DNA from: Alphaproteobacteria bacterium
GTDB taxonomy: Bacteria > Pseudomonadota > Alphaproteobacteria > SHVV01
Assembly (NCBI GenBank): GCA_965261735.1
Contig: OZ253470.1
Span: 768,001 to 832,000, forward strand
Length of the DNA stretch: 64,000 bases
Direction of reading: 5' to 3'
Shown here: in pieces, positions 50,307 through 60,895 of the stretch
Layout of the letters: each line of letters opens with the position of its first letter
Position numbering within the stretch: position 1 is the first letter of the stretch
Notes under the pieces: model-generated
Databases searched by the model: none
Seen by the model: only the letters and a program-made list of their open reading frames with translations
Told to the model about the DNA's origin: nothing
Program-made: the position numbers and the translations under genes

Positions 50307-50795
50307 TCAGGTCATGGCGTCGATTTGCTCGATCGTGAGGTTGCCTGGCACCACGGTTACGGGAATGTGCATCGAGCCCGCCAGCTGGTCGGCCAAGGTA
50401 CGCACCAACGGGCCCGGCCCCTCCGAGCCGACGGCCGCCGCGAGCACCAGGACCCAGATGTCGGGGTCCTCATCGATGAGCTTTAGGATCTCGTCGCTCC
50501 ACAGTCCCTCGCGAACAACGAGCTCCGGCATGATGGAGGCGCGGTCGTTGACCTCCTTGGCCAGCCCCTGGAGCAGCCGCTCGGCTTCCGTTCGGGCCTC
50601 CTCGCTCATCCGTTCCTCGACCGCCATCCAGTGCTGGAAGTCGGCGCGGTCGGTGACCCTGAGGAGGGTGACGCCGAAGCCGGTATTGTGGGCGCGCCCG
50701 GAGGCAAACCGCAGCGCCAAGCGGCACTCCGGGGTATCGTCCACGCAGACGAGAAATTTGCGTTTGCGCTCCGGCGGCGGCTTGGCATCGCTCAT
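50307..50795 (-). CDS. Universal stress protein
   Basis: KFLVCVDDTPEC, LVLAA..GPGPLV, PVTVVPG. Confidence 0.9.
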   Translation of the reverse strand: MSDAKPPPERKRKFLVCVDDTPECRLALRFASGRAHNTGFGVTLLRVTDRADFQHWMAVEERMSEEARTEAERLLQGLAKEVNDRASIMPELVVREGLWSDEILKLIDEDPDIWVLVLAAAVGSEGPGPLVRTLADQLAGSMHIPVTVVPGNLTIEQIDAMT

Positions 50796-50940
50796 GGCAC
50801 GGTCCCGGGGCGAGCAGCTGATCCCCGCACCGCGGCCCCAACCCCCCGGGGCACCACGGCACGCGGCCTATTCTACCAGCAGCGCGGCGTCCGCCCTACA
50901 GCAATGTCCGGGCCCCGCGGCGTGTCCGGCGTGCCCCGCC

Positions 50941-51939
50941 TCAGGGGCGCAGGAAGCCGACGATGTCGTGGGCTTCGCGCAGGGTCGGCTCGGCCATCGC
51001 ACGGGCGCGTTCTGCGCCGTCGCGCAGCACGCGGTCGACGTAGCCCGGATCGTCCATGAGCCGCCTCATTTCGGCGGTGATGGGGGCGAGCGTATCAATG
51101 GCCAGCGCGGTGAGCTCCTCCTTGAAGCGGGAGAAGGGCGAGCCGGCGAAGCGGTGGCATACATCGGCGCGGCTGATATCGGCAAGGGCCGCGAAGATGC
51201 CGACCAGGTTGGCCGCCTCGGGGCGCTCGCGCAGCTCCTCCGTCGCGGCCGGCAACGGATCGGGGTCGGTTTTCGCGCGGCGCACCTTGCGCGCGATCGT
51301 TTCGGGGTCGTCGGTAAGGTTGATGCGCGAGTATTCGGAGGCATCGGACTTGCTCATCTTCACGGACCCGTTGCGCAGGCTCATCACGCGGGTCGCGGCG
51401 CCGAAGATCAGCGGGTCGACGAGCGGGAAAAAGTCGACGCGGTATTGGCTGTTGAAGGCCTGCGCGATGTCGCGCGCGAGCTCGAGGTGCTGCTTCTGGT
51501 CTTCGCCCACGGGGACGTGGGTCGCTTTATAGAGAAGGATGTCGGCGGCCATCAGGGTGGGATAGGCGTACAGGCCGACATTGGCGTTGTCGCGGTCCTT
51601 GCCCGCCTTCTCCTTGAACTGGGTCATGCGGTTGAGCCAGCCGAGACGGGCGACGCAATTGAGAATCCAAGCGAGGTCGGCATGCGCCTCGACCTGGCTC
51701 TGGTTGAAGATGATGCTGGTCGTGCCGTCGATGCCCGCGGCGAGCAGGCTCGCCGCCGCCTCGCGCGTGTTGGCGCGCAGCTCCGCCGGGTCCTGCGGCA
51801 CCGTGATCGCGTGCAGATCGACGATACAGTACAGGCAGTCGTAGTCGGCCTGCAGCCGCACCCAGTTGCGGATGGCGCCGAGGTAGTTGCCAATGTGTAG
51901 GTTGCCGGAGGGCTGGATTCCGGAAAAAATGCGTTTCAT
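50941..51939 (-). CDS. trpS: Tryptophan--tRNA ligase
   Basis: [30 protein letters not shown]. Confidence 0.98.
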   Translation of the reverse strand: MKRIFSGIQPSGNLHIGNYLGAIRNWVRLQADYDCLYCIVDLHAITVPQDPAELRANTREAAASLLAAGIDGTTSIIFNQSQVEAHADLAWILNCVARLGWLNRMTQFKEKAGKDRDNANVGLYAYPTLMAADILLYKATHVPVGEDQKQHLELARDIAQAFNSQYRVDFFPLVDPLIFGAATRVMSLRNGSVKMSKSDASEYSRINLTDDPETIARKVRRAKTDPDPLPAATEELRERPEAANLVGIFAALADISRADVCHRFAGSPFSRFKEELTALAIDTLAPITAEMRRLMDDPGYVDRVLRDGAERARAMAEPTLREAHDIVGFLRP

Positions 51940-52005
51940 CGGGGGCCCGGAGAAGTTGGCGCGGCGTTCAAGGACGGCGCGTTATCGCCCCTGGGCGCAT
52001 GCCGG

Positions 52006-53556
52006 TCAAGCCGCCCGTTTACCGAGCAGCCGGCGCAGATCGGCGAAGCTCGCGGCACCGCTGAGCAGCGCCATGGCCCCATAAAGAGCCGCTCCCGCGC
52101 CAACCAGCGCGGCCAGCGAAGCGATGCGGGCGGCTTGCGTGCCCTCGAGCGCGCCCGCGAGTAGGCCGGCCGCCGGCCACAGCACGCCGGCCATTACGGC
52201 GCTCGCGACGAGGATGTGCGGCAGCCGCCGCGCGAGCCGCGCATCGACCACGATGGCGCGCCGGCGCACCAGGACCGTCGCCAGCAGGCCCGCGTTCAGC
52301 CAGCCCGAGAGCGCCGTGGCGAGGGCGATGCCGACATGGCCCATCGGGCGCATCAAGGCGAGACTCAGGCCGACGTTGGCGACCATCGCAGCGACCGCGA
52401 TCACCACCGGCGTCGTCGTGTCCTCGCGCGCAAAATAGGCCGATTGCAGGATGCGGATGAGCACGAACGCGGGCAGGCCGGCCGCGAAGGCGACCAGTGC
52501 CGGCGCGGTCGCCCCGGCGTCGGCGGCGGTAAAGGCGCCGCGCTCGAACAGCACCGCCACGATCGGCCCGGCGATCACGAGCAGCGCCGCCGTCGCCGGG
52601 AACACGAGCAGGGCCGACAGCTCGAGCGCGCGGTTCAGGCTGTCCATCGCCGCGGCCTCGTCGCGCGCCCGAAGCTGCCGGCTCAGTAGCGGCAAGAGCG
52701 CGGTACCCACCGCGATTCCGACGACGCCGAGCGGCAACTGGTACACGCGATCGGCGTAGTACAGGAACGACACCGATCCGCCGCCGAGCAGCGAGGCGAT
52801 CGCCGTACCCACGACGATGTTGATTTGGGTGACGCCGCCGCCGAGCACGCCCGGCAGCATGAGCCGGAACAGCCGCCGCAGGGCCGGCGTGAGCCGTGGC
52901 GGCTGCGGCGCCCAGCGTAGCCCGGCTCGGTGGCAAGCGAACGCGAGCCACAGGAACTGGGCCGCGCCGGCGAGGGCCACGCCCCACACCAGGGCATGCG
53001 CCGGCAGTCCGGTAACGTAGCGCCCCACGAGCAGCGCGGCGATGAGAATGACGTTGAGCACGATGGGGGCCGCGGCCATGGCGGCGAAGCGGTAGAAGGC
53101 GTTGAGCACGCCGCCGAGAAGCGCCACCATGGTCATGAACAAAAGATACGGAAAAGTGATGCGCGTGAACGCCACGGTGATCTCGAACTTGGCCGCGTCG
53201 GCGGCGAAGCCGGGCGCGAGTACGCGGATGACCCCAGGCATCGCGATCTCGGCGAGAAGGGTGAGGACGAAGAGGACCACGAACATGACCGCCAGCGCCT
53301 GATTGGCGAAGGCCAGGGCCGCGTCCTTGCCGCGCTCCTCGAGCGCACGGGCGAAAAGCGGCACGAACGCCGCGCTGAAGGCGCCCTCGGCGACGAGCCT
53401 GCGAAACAGGTTGGGGATGCGGAACGCGACCACGAAGGCGTCGGTCAACGCTCCGGCGCCGAGATAGTTGGCGATGAGGATGTCGCGCGCAAAGCCGAGC
53501 ACACGGCTGATCAACGTGTAGCCGCCAACCGTCGCGGCCGATCGTAACAGCGCCAT
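52006..53556 (-). CDS. murJ: Lipid II flippase MurJ
   Basis: SRVLGFARD, AFRIPNLFRRLVAEGAF, YADRVYQLPLG. Confidence 0.97.
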   Translation of the reverse strand: MALLRSAATVGGYTLISRVLGFARDILIANYLGAGALTDAFVVAFRIPNLFRRLVAEGAFSAAFVPLFARALEERGKDAALAFANQALAVMFVVLFVLTLLAEIAMPGVIRVLAPGFAADAAKFEITVAFTRITFPYLLFMTMVALLGGVLNAFYRFAAMAAAPIVLNVILIAALLVGRYVTGLPAHALVWGVALAGAAQFLWLAFACHRAGLRWAPQPPRLTPALRRLFRLMLPGVLGGGVTQINIVVGTAIASLLGGGSVSFLYYADRVYQLPLGVVGIAVGTALLPLLSRQLRARDEAAAMDSLNRALELSALLVFPATAALLVIAGPIVAVLFERGAFTAADAGATAPALVAFAAGLPAFVLIRILQSAYFAREDTTTPVVIAVAAMVANVGLSLALMRPMGHVGIALATALSGWLNAGLLATVLVRRRAIVVDARLARRLPHILVASAVMAGVLWPAAGLLAGALEGTQAARIASLAALVGAGAALYGAMALLSGAASFADLRRLLGKRAA

Positions 53557-53606
53557 GGCCCGGTGTTAGCCGAATTAGGCGGCGGAAAAAAGGCAGGGAG
53601 TGTCGG

Positions 53607-56489
53607 TCAGGATCCGCGAGCGCCCTTTGCGCGCGCGGCGGAGTCCGGCGCGCGCGACTTGCCGGTGCGTGTTCCGGCACGCCCGCCGGTGCCCGACCCG
53701 GCGGCGCGCTTCACCGGCGCGGCGGTCTTGGCCGCCGCCTTGGCGGGCCGCGCCGGTGTGGGCTTCTGCCCGCTCAGGGCGGCGAGCAGATGATTGCGCA
53801 CCGAGGCCACGCGGCGGGCGTGCGTGACCTTGCCGCCGTCGCGATCCGTCACATAGAACACGTCGACCGCGCGCGCGCCGAAGGTTGCGACGCTGGCGCC
53901 GGCGATACTGAGGCCACGCTCGGCGAGGGCCACGGTCACGTCGTAGAGCAGACCGCGCCGATCGCGCCCATTGACCTCGATGACCGTCGTGCGATCGCTC
54001 GCCTGGTTGTCGAAGAGCACCCGCGGCTCGACCTTGAACACGCGGGTGCGGCTGGGGATGCCGCTACGCTTGGCGAGCCCGTCGGCCAAGTCGCCACCAT
54101 CGAGGAGCACGCGCTCGATGGTGGCGCGCAGGCGCGCGTGCTTTTCGGGTCGGCCGAAGGCGCCGCGGCCGGCGTCCTGAATCCACAGCGTGTCGAGCGC
54201 CATGCCATCGCTCGTCGTGAAGATCTTGGCGTTGACCACGTTGGCGCCGCTGAGCGCCACCGCCCCGGCGAGACGGGCGAAGAGCCCGGGGCGGTCGGCC
54301 GTGTACACCGTGATCTCGGTCGCGGCGCGGCCCCGATCGGTGCGCGTCGTGACCGTGAGCGGCACCGCGTCGCGGTCGGCCGTGCGCATCATCAGCGCAT
54401 GGCGCTCGAGTGTCGCCAGGTCCGCCCACAGCCAATAGGTCTCGCTGGTGCGCGCCGCGTGGCGTTCGAACTCGGCATTGGTCCATTGCACGCCGAGCCG
54501 GTCGCGCAAACCGGCGCGGGCGGCGGCCACGCGCTGAGCGTGCCTCTGACCCTGATGGGCACCGGTCAAGGCCTCTTCGGCGAGCGTATAAAGATCGCTC
54601 AGGAGCTGACCCTTCCAGCCGTTCCACCGCCCTGGCCCGACGGCGCGGATATCGGCCGCGGTGAGCACGAGCAGCAGGCGCAGGCGCTCGGGGCTCTGCA
54701 CCATGGCGGCGAAGTCGGCCACGGTCTTGGGGTCCTGGAGGTCGCGCTTGAACGCGAAGTGGCTCATCGCGAGATGGTGGCGAACGAGCCACGCGACGGT
54801 TTCGGTCTCCTCGGGACTGAGACCCAGGCGTCTGCCGAGCCGGCGCGCCAGCCCGGCGCCGATCTCGGAGTGGCTGCCGCCGCGGCCCTTGGCGATGTCG
54901 TGCATGAGAACGCCGAGATAGAGCACGCGACGCGACTGAATCTGGTGGACGAGCTCGCTCGCGAGCGGCAGGTCCTGGACGAGCGTTCCCTTCTCGATCT
55001 CCGCCAGCTGCCCGACCGCGCGGATGGTGTGCTCGTCGACCGTGTAGACGTGGTACATGTCGTGCTGGGTCTGAGCCACGACACGCCCGAAGTCGGGCAC
55101 GAAACGGCCGAACACGCCGGCCTCGTTCATGCGCCTGAGCGCCGTTTCGGGATCCTTGCGCGAGGTCAACACCTCGAGGAACAGCCGGTTTGCTTCCGCG
55201 TCGTTGCGCACCCGCGGACCGAGCTTCTTGAGATGGCGGGTTATCTGGCGCAGCGCGTCGGGATGAACGTCGAGCTTGTGGCGATCGGCGAGATGGAACA
55301 GGCGCAGCATGGCCACCGGGTCGGCGGCGAACGCATCCTCGCCGGTCACGTTGAGGCGACCGCGCTCGACGACGAAGCCTTCGATCCGTCGCCTCTTCAG
55401 CGCCAGCCTGGGCAGGCGGAACACGGGCTTACGCTTGTGCCGCTCTTCGAGGGCCGCGCAGAAGATGCGCGTGAGCGCACCAACGTCCTTGGCCACCAGA
55501 TAGTAGTGCTTCATGAAGCGCTCGACGCCTGTGGCGCCGGTGTGATCCCTGTAGTGGAGGCGGCGCCCGATCTCGGACTGGACGTCAAAGGTGAGCCGCT
55601 CCTCGGCCCGCCCGGCGAGGTAGTGGAGCTGGCAGCGCACCGTCCATAGGAACGATTCGGCCTTGGCGAAGCGCGCGCGCTCGCGCGCCGACAGCACGCC
55701 GCGCTCCACGAGGTCGGCAACGCGATCGGTGCGGTAAAGGTATTTGGCGATCCAAAACAGGGTGTGCAGGTCGCGCAGGCCGCCCTTGCCCTCCTTGACG
55801 TTGGGCTCGACGAGATAACGCGACTGGCCGAACCGGGCGTGGCGCGCGTCACGCTCGGCGAGCTTGACGGCGACGAATTCAGCGCCCGTGCCGGCCGCGA
55901 CCTCGCGCACGAAGCGCCGCCGCAGGTCTTCATAGAGGACCTGATCGCCGGCGATCCAGCGCGCCTCCAGGAGCGCGGTGCGGATCGATTGGTCACGCTT
56001 GGCGAGTTGCAGGCAGATCTCGACCGAGCGCGTCGCGTGGCCGACCTTGAGGCCCATGTCCCACAGCAGGTAGAGGACGTATTCCACCACCTGCTCGCCC
56101 CAGGGAGTCTGCTTGTAGGGCAGGAGAAACAGGAGATCGACGTCCGAATAGGGCGCCATCTCGCCGCGCCCGTAGCCGCCCACGCCGATGATGGCAAGGT
56201 GCTCCGCGGACGACGGGTTGGTCGCCGGGTACACGGTCTCGACCGCGTGGTGGTGGACACAGGCGAGGAGGCCATCGATTAGGGCGGCGCAGGCGCGCGC
56301 GGTGGCGGAGCCGGAGGCTCCGGCGTCGAAGCGCCGGCGCACTTCGCCACGGCCCTCCTCGAGCGCCGTTTTCAGCCGCGCCAGCACCTTGGCACGGCTC
56401 TCCGGCGAGCCCGCGGCGCGCTTCCTCGCCGCCGCCGAAAGCGCGCCCGCCAGCCGGTCCGCATCGAGAACGGCACCGCTTGCCTCCAT
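53607..56489 (-). CDS. glnD: [Protein-PII] uridylyltransferase
   Basis: GGYGRGEMAPYSDVDLLFL, EPNVKEGKGGLRD, YHVYTVDEH, HDIAKGR, two ACT domains. Confidence 0.98.
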   Translation of the reverse strand: MEASGAVLDADRLAGALSAAARKRAAGSPESRAKVLARLKTALEEGRGEVRRRFDAGASGSATARACAALIDGLLACVHHHAVETVYPATNPSSAEHLAIIGVGGYGRGEMAPYSDVDLLFLLPYKQTPWGEQVVEYVLYLLWDMGLKVGHATRSVEICLQLAKRDQSIRTALLEARWIAGDQVLYEDLRRRFVREVAAGTGAEFVAVKLAERDARHARFGQSRYLVEPNVKEGKGGLRDLHTLFWIAKYLYRTDRVADLVERGVLSARERARFAKAESFLWTVRCQLHYLAGRAEERLTFDVQSEIGRRLHYRDHTGATGVERFMKHYYLVAKDVGALTRIFCAALEERHKRKPVFRLPRLALKRRRIEGFVVERGRLNVTGEDAFAADPVAMLRLFHLADRHKLDVHPDALRQITRHLKKLGPRVRNDAEANRLFLEVLTSRKDPETALRRMNEAGVFGRFVPDFGRVVAQTQHDMYHVYTVDEHTIRAVGQLAEIEKGTLVQDLPLASELVHQIQSRRVLYLGVLMHDIAKGRGGSHSEIGAGLARRLGRRLGLSPEETETVAWLVRHHLAMSHFAFKRDLQDPKTVADFAAMVQSPERLRLLLVLTAADIRAVGPGRWNGWKGQLLSDLYTLAEEALTGAHQGQRHAQRVAAARAGLRDRLGVQWTNAEFERHAARTSETYWLWADLATLERHALMMRTADRDAVPLTVTTRTDRGRAATEITVYTADRPGLFARLAGAVALSGANVVNAKIFTTSDGMALDTLWIQDAGRGAFGRPEKHARLRATIERVLLDGGDLADGLAKRSGIPSRTRVFKVEPRVLFDNQASDRTTVIEVNGRDRRGLLYDVTVALAERGLSIAGASVATFGARAVDVFYVTDRDGGKVTHARRVASVRNHLLAALSGQKPTPARPAKAAAKTAAPVKRAAGSGTGGRAGTRTGKSRAPDSAARAKGARGS

Positions 56490-56565
56490 GCCCCGCTAGG
56501 TGCGCCATCGCGCCGCGAATTGCAAGCGCGCGGGCCCGGCGGCGCCAGCGCCCCGGCGGCGCCGA

Positions 56566-56595
56566 TTGACAGGCGGTGCGGGCCCTCGCTAGCTT
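56566..56595 (+). promoter_or_regulatory. Sigma70-like promoter of the EamA gene
   Basis: TTGACA, 18-nt spacer, TAGCTT. Confidence 0.5.
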
Positions 56596-56616
56596 CGCCG
56601 CGCTCGCGGGGGGGGG

Positions 56617-57630
56617 GTGGGGGCGGGGGATGGCGCCACGCATCACGACAGGCCGACACCGCCGGCGAGGCCGCGCGCGAGCACATCCGAGGCGCCGTCA
56701 CGGCGGGGGCTGGCGCTGCTCGCCCTGTTCATCGGCGTCCTCGGCTTTGCCCTGACGCCGATCCTGGTCCGCCTCAGTGAGGTCGGGCCGATCGCCACCG
56801 CATTTTGGCGCGCCGCCCTGGCGTTCCCGGTCCTGTGGACGGTCATGAGTATCGAGGTTCGCGGCGGCGCCGGCTCGACACGGCGGCCGCGAGCCCCGCG
56901 GCCGCGCTCGGCGCGCGACTATGGCTGGCTCGTCTTCGCCTCGATGGCCATGGCCGGCGACCTCATCCTGTTCCAGACCGCGGTGCACTACACCACCATC
57001 GCCAACGCCGCCCTTCTCGGCGGCCTACAGCCTGTCTTCGTGGTCTTCGGGGCCTGGTTCCTGTTCCGCGAGCGCATCACGGCGCTGTTCCTCCTCGGCA
57101 TGGCCGTGGCGCTCACCGGCGCCTCGCTGCTCGTGCTTGCCGGCCCAGTTCATGAAGCTGGGCTGCGCGCCGGCATCGCTCTCGGCGACATCCTCGCGCT
57201 CGGCGCGGCCCTCACCTTCGCGCTCTATTCGCTCGGCCTGAGGGAGCTGCGCGGGCGCTTCTCGACCGCCACCGTGATGACATGGAACATGGGCCTCGGC
57301 GCCGTCGTGCTGCTGCCGGCGGCGTGGCTCGCCGGCCAGTCCGTGGTGCCGCAAAGCGTGTACGGCTGGGCGGTGGTGATCGGCTTCGCCCTCGTCGTCG
57401 ACCTCATGGGGCGCAGCTCGTACACCTTCGCCTTCGCCCACCTGCCGGCGTCCTTCAACTCGGTCGGCATGCTGAGCATGCCGGTAGTCGCCGCGGCGTT
57501 GGCGTGGCTGCTGTTCGACGAGGCGATCTCGACCGGCCAGGGCCTCGCCGCCGCCGCCGCCCTCGCCGGCATCTTCCTCGCCCAGCGCGCGCAAGCCCGA
57601 GGCCGCGAAAATCCTCGGACTAAGGGATGA
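56617..57630 (+). CDS. EamA/DMT transporter
   Basis: About 10 TM helices; ATAFWR, TTIANA, GDILALGAA; the only in-frame start is a GTG within a G-tract. Confidence 0.85.
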   Translation: MGAGDGATHHDRPTPPARPRASTSEAPSRRGLALLALFIGVLGFALTPILVRLSEVGPIATAFWRAALAFPVLWTVMSIEVRGGAGSTRRPRAPRPRSARDYGWLVFASMAMAGDLILFQTAVHYTTIANAALLGGLQPVFVVFGAWFLFRERITALFLLGMAVALTGASLLVLAGPVHEAGLRAGIALGDILALGAALTFALYSLGLRELRGRFSTATVMTWNMGLGAVVLLPAAWLAGQSVVPQSVYGWAVVIGFALVVDLMGRSSYTFAFAHLPASFNSVGMLSMPVVAAALAWLLFDEAISTGQGLAAAAALAGIFLAQRAQARGRENPRTKG

Positions 57631-58603
57631 GCACGGCGGCGCCCTGGAGCGCGCCGCGGCGCAGGTCATCGAGCGCGCGGTTGGCCTCGGCCAATCCGTA
57701 GAGCTGGACGTGGGTCTTGACCGGCACGCGCGGCGCGAGCGCCAGGAACTCCTCGGCATCGCGGCGCGTGAGGTTGGCGACCGAGCGCAGGGTGCGCTCC
57801 TGCCACAGCAGGGCGTAGGGAAAGCTCGGGACGTCGCTCATGTGGATGCCGGCGCAAACCACGGTGCCGCCGGGGACGATCCGCCGCAGCGCCTCGGGAA
57901 TCAGGGCACCCACGGGCGCGAAGATGATAGCGGCGTCGAGTTCCTCGGGCGGGGCGGTGCCGGAATCACCGGCCCAGGCGGCGCCGAGCCCGCGCGCGAA
58001 TTCCTGTGCGTCCTTATCGCCCGGCCGGGTGAAGGCGAAGACCTCGCGTCCCTCCCACACCGCGACCTGAGCGATGATGTGGGCGGCGGCACCGAAGCCG
58101 TAGAGGCCGAGCCGGCGCCCCTCCCCCGCCATCCGGTAGCTGCGGTGGCCAATGAGCCCGGCGCACAGCAGAGGTGCTGCCTCCGCATCGCCGTAGCCCG
58201 CCGGCAGCGGAAAGGCGTAGCGCGCATCGGCGAGCGTGAAACCAGCGTAGCCGCCGTCGATCTGATAGCCGGTGTAGCGCGCCGAGGCGCACAGATTCTC
58301 GCGGCCTGACCGGCAGTAGGCGCAGGCTCCGCACGACCAGCCGAGCCAGGGGACGCCGACCCGCTGGCCGACCGCGAGGCGCTCGACGCCGGCGCCGAGG
58401 GCGCTAACGGTGCCGACGATCTCGTGTCCCGGCACGATCGGAAACGCAGCTTGCGCGAGCTCGCCATCGAGGATGTGCAGGTCGGTGCGGCACACGCCGC
58501 AGGCCGCAACCTCGATCAACACCTGGCCGGGGCCTGGCGCGGGCGGCTCGCGGGCCTCGGCCCTCAGGGCTTCGCCCGCCTTGTGCAACACCATGGCCTG
58601 CAT
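57620..58603 (-). CDS. Zinc-dependent alcohol dehydrogenase family protein
   Basis: CGVCRTDLH, GHEIVG, CGACAYC...C, LCAGLIG, GLYGFGAA. Confidence 0.93.
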   Translation of the reverse strand: MQAMVLHKAGEALRAEAREPPAPGPGQVLIEVAACGVCRTDLHILDGELAQAAFPIVPGHEIVGTVSALGAGVERLAVGQRVGVPWLGWSCGACAYCRSGRENLCASARYTGYQIDGGYAGFTLADARYAFPLPAGYGDAEAAPLLCAGLIGHRSYRMAGEGRRLGLYGFGAAAHIIAQVAVWEGREVFAFTRPGDKDAQEFARGLGAAWAGDSGTAPPEELDAAIIFAPVGALIPEALRRIVPGGTVVCAGIHMSDVPSFPYALLWQERTLRSVANLTRRDAEEFLALAPRVPVKTHVQLYGLAEANRALDDLRRGALQGAAVLIP

Positions 58604-58617
58604 GTGCGTGCCCCCGC

Positions 58618-59544
58618 TCACGCGACCGCGCCGCCCGCGCGCGCCGGCCGACTTGTCGCGACATAGATGCCGGCGAAGATCAGGGCCATACCGGCGATGT
58701 GGTAGAGGGCCAGCGTCTCGCCAAGAAACACGAACGCGAACAGCGCCGTAAACGGCGGCGCCAGAAAGGCATAGAGATTGGCCCTGTTGGGCCCAAGAGC
58801 GGCGACACCCTTGGCGAAGAATAGATAAACGAGAAGCGAGGTGAGCACGGCGTTGAAGATTACCGCGAAGACCGCGGCGAAGTTGAACACCAGCGGCGTC
58901 CGTTGGACCACGAGTTCCCAGACGAAGAACGGCACGATACCGACCAATCCTGTGGCGATGATCGCGGTCAACAGTGACAGCGAATGCAGCCCCGGGGGTA
59001 TCCGCCGCAGCAGCACCGAATAGACGCCCCAGGTGGCGACACCTAACAGCATGATGAGATCGCCGGGGCGAAACGCGAGTCCAAGGAGAACCGTGAGGTC
59101 GCCCTGGCTGATAACCGCGAGCAGGCCGACGAGGCCGACCCCGAAGCCGATGGCCTCACGCGGGCTCACGCCCACCCGCAGGATCAGCCACGAGGCGATG
59201 GCGCTCGCGATCGGCGTCGTTGCCCCGACAACTCCGATGTTGAGCGCCTCGGTAGTATGGGCGGCGACGTAGACGGTCGCCGAATAGACCGAAACGCTGA
59301 GCAGCCCGCAAGCGCCGAGCAGGCGCCAGTGGGTCGCGATGAGGCGGCGCTGCCGGCGCACGTGGGGCCAGGCAAAGGGCAGCAGCAACAGCAGCGCCAG
59401 GGCCCAGCGGCCGAAATTGAGCGAGTGCGGGCCGATGTCGTATATGACGGCCCGGGCAATGACCGCGCTCGCCGCCCAGATCACGCTGACGAGCGAGAGC
59501 AGGACCGCGGGCGCGATCGCCCGCCTGACGAGCGCGGCGCTCAC
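58618..59544 (-). CDS. EamA/DMT transporter
   Basis: Hydrophobic; GRWALA, GDLIML, LGPNRA, FLGE. Confidence 0.9.
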   Translation of the reverse strand: MSAALVRRAIAPAVLLSLVSVIWAASAVIARAVIYDIGPHSLNFGRWALALLLLLPFAWPHVRRQRRLIATHWRLLGACGLLSVSVYSATVYVAAHTTEALNIGVVGATTPIASAIASWLILRVGVSPREAIGFGVGLVGLLAVISQGDLTVLLGLAFRPGDLIMLLGVATWGVYSVLLRRIPPGLHSLSLLTAIIATGLVGIVPFFVWELVVQRTPLVFNFAAVFAVIFNAVLTSLLVYLFFAKGVAALGPNRANLYAFLAPPFTALFAFVFLGETLALYHIAGMALIFAGIYVATSRPARAGGAVA

Positions 59545-59591
59545 GGCGGCGGGCCGGTCATGCGTGCCTCCTGGAAAGGGCTCGCCGGACC

Positions 59592-60464
59592 TCAGGCCTC
59601 CTTGCGGTGCTGCTTGACGAAGTCATAGATGCGGCTGAAATCCTCGTCGTAGAGCTCGTTTGCCACGCGCTCCAACGTGTCGCAAACGGCGGCGCCGAGG
59701 GGCGCGCGGGCGCCCGAGGCGCGCACGCCCTCGACGAACAGGCGCACGTCCTTGGCGATAAGCTGTGTGGTGAAGCCGGCATCGTAGGTGCCGGTCAGGA
59801 TGCGCCGCGGGAACTTGTCGGCGGTCGCGGTGTTCTGTCCGCTCGAGACGTTGAGGACCTCGAGCATCGTCGTCATGTCGAGCCCGTGGTCCTCGCCGAA
59901 CGCGATGGCCTCGCTCGTGGCCGTCATGGCGGTGCCGGAGAGGAAGTTGTTGAGCAGCTTCATCGCCTGGCCCTGGCCGACCTCTCTGCCGACGCGAAAG
60001 CAGTTCTTGGCCATGATCCGGCACAGCGGCAACAGATGATCGTAATCGGCCTCGGCGGCCGCCATCATCATCGCCAAGCTGCCGGCGCGCGCACCGGCGA
60101 CGCCGCCCGAAACCGGTGCATCGACATACACGATCCCCGCCTGTTCGAACCGCGCGTGCGCCGCCTTCGCGGCGACGATGCCGATGGTCGAGGTGTCGAC
60201 CACGGTCTTCGCCGCGCGCGGCGTCGCGCCCGCGATCTCGTCAGCGACCGCCGTCACCACCTCGCCGTCCGGCAAGCTGAGAAAGATCGTCTCGCACGCG
60301 CTCGCGACGGCCGCCGCGGACGCTGCGGCTTGGGCGCCCTCGGGCGCGCGCTCGGCGGTGCCGGCGACGTCGAAGGCGACGAGGCCATGGCCCGCGGCCG
60401 CGAGCCGCGCCGACATCTGCGAGCCCATGCGGCCGAGGCCGATGAAGCCGAGCGCGCCGGTCAT
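59592..60464 (-). CDS. NAD(P)-dependent beta-hydroxyacid (3-hydroxyisobutyrate-type) dehydrogenase
   Basis: GFIGLGRMG, DAPVSGG, KLLNN. Confidence 0.9.
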   Translation of the reverse strand: MTGALGFIGLGRMGSQMSARLAAAGHGLVAFDVAGTAERAPEGAQAAASAAAVASACETIFLSLPDGEVVTAVADEIAGATPRAAKTVVDTSTIGIVAAKAAHARFEQAGIVYVDAPVSGGVAGARAGSLAMMMAAAEADYDHLLPLCRIMAKNCFRVGREVGQGQAMKLLNNFLSGTAMTATSEAIAFGEDHGLDMTTMLEVLNVSSGQNTATADKFPRRILTGTYDAGFTTQLIAKDVRLFVEGVRASGARAPLGAAVCDTLERVANELYDEDFSRIYDFVKQHRKEA

Positions 60465-60856
60465 GGGCCGGCCGCCTTGGGGGCCTCCTCGGCCAGCACC
60501 TTGCGGGCAATGCGGAACGCCTCGACGCCGGCCGGGGCGCCGCAGTAGGCGGCGATCTGCAGCAACGTCTCCTTGAGTTCGTCGAGCGTGCAGCCGTTGT
60601 TCAAGGCGCCCCGGAAATGGAGCTCGAACTCGTGCGCCCGGTTGAGCGCCGCCAGCATGCACAGATTGTTGAGGCTCTTCTGTTTGCGCGAGAGCGCCCC
60701 GCGCCCCCAAACCGCGCCCCAGCACATCTCGGTCACGAAGTGCTCCTGGTGCTCGGCGTTGAAGTCGTCGACGGTGGCGAGCGCCTTGTCGACGTAGGCG
60801 GCGCCGAGCACCTCGCGGCGAATCTTGAGGCCGCGTTCATAAAGTTCGGACGGCAT
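60461..60856 (-). CDS. Carboxymuconolactone decarboxylase family protein
   Basis: GLKIRREVLG.YVD, WGAVWGR, HFRGALNNG, AAYCGAPAG. Confidence 0.9.
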   Translation of the reverse strand: MPSELYERGLKIRREVLGAAYVDKALATVDDFNAEHQEHFVTEMCWGAVWGRGALSRKQKSLNNLCMLAALNRAHEFELHFRGALNNGCTLDELKETLLQIAAYCGAPAGVEAFRIARKVLAEEAPKAAGP

Positions 60857-60895
60857 GGCAGCTCCTCCCTGGCCACGATGGACGATCCGGCGATA

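Noticed and set aside
59592-60725. 377-aa dehydrogenase fused to upstream sequence
   Set aside because: The extension is an alternative frame of the CMD gene; the true start is MTGALGFIGLG at 60464.
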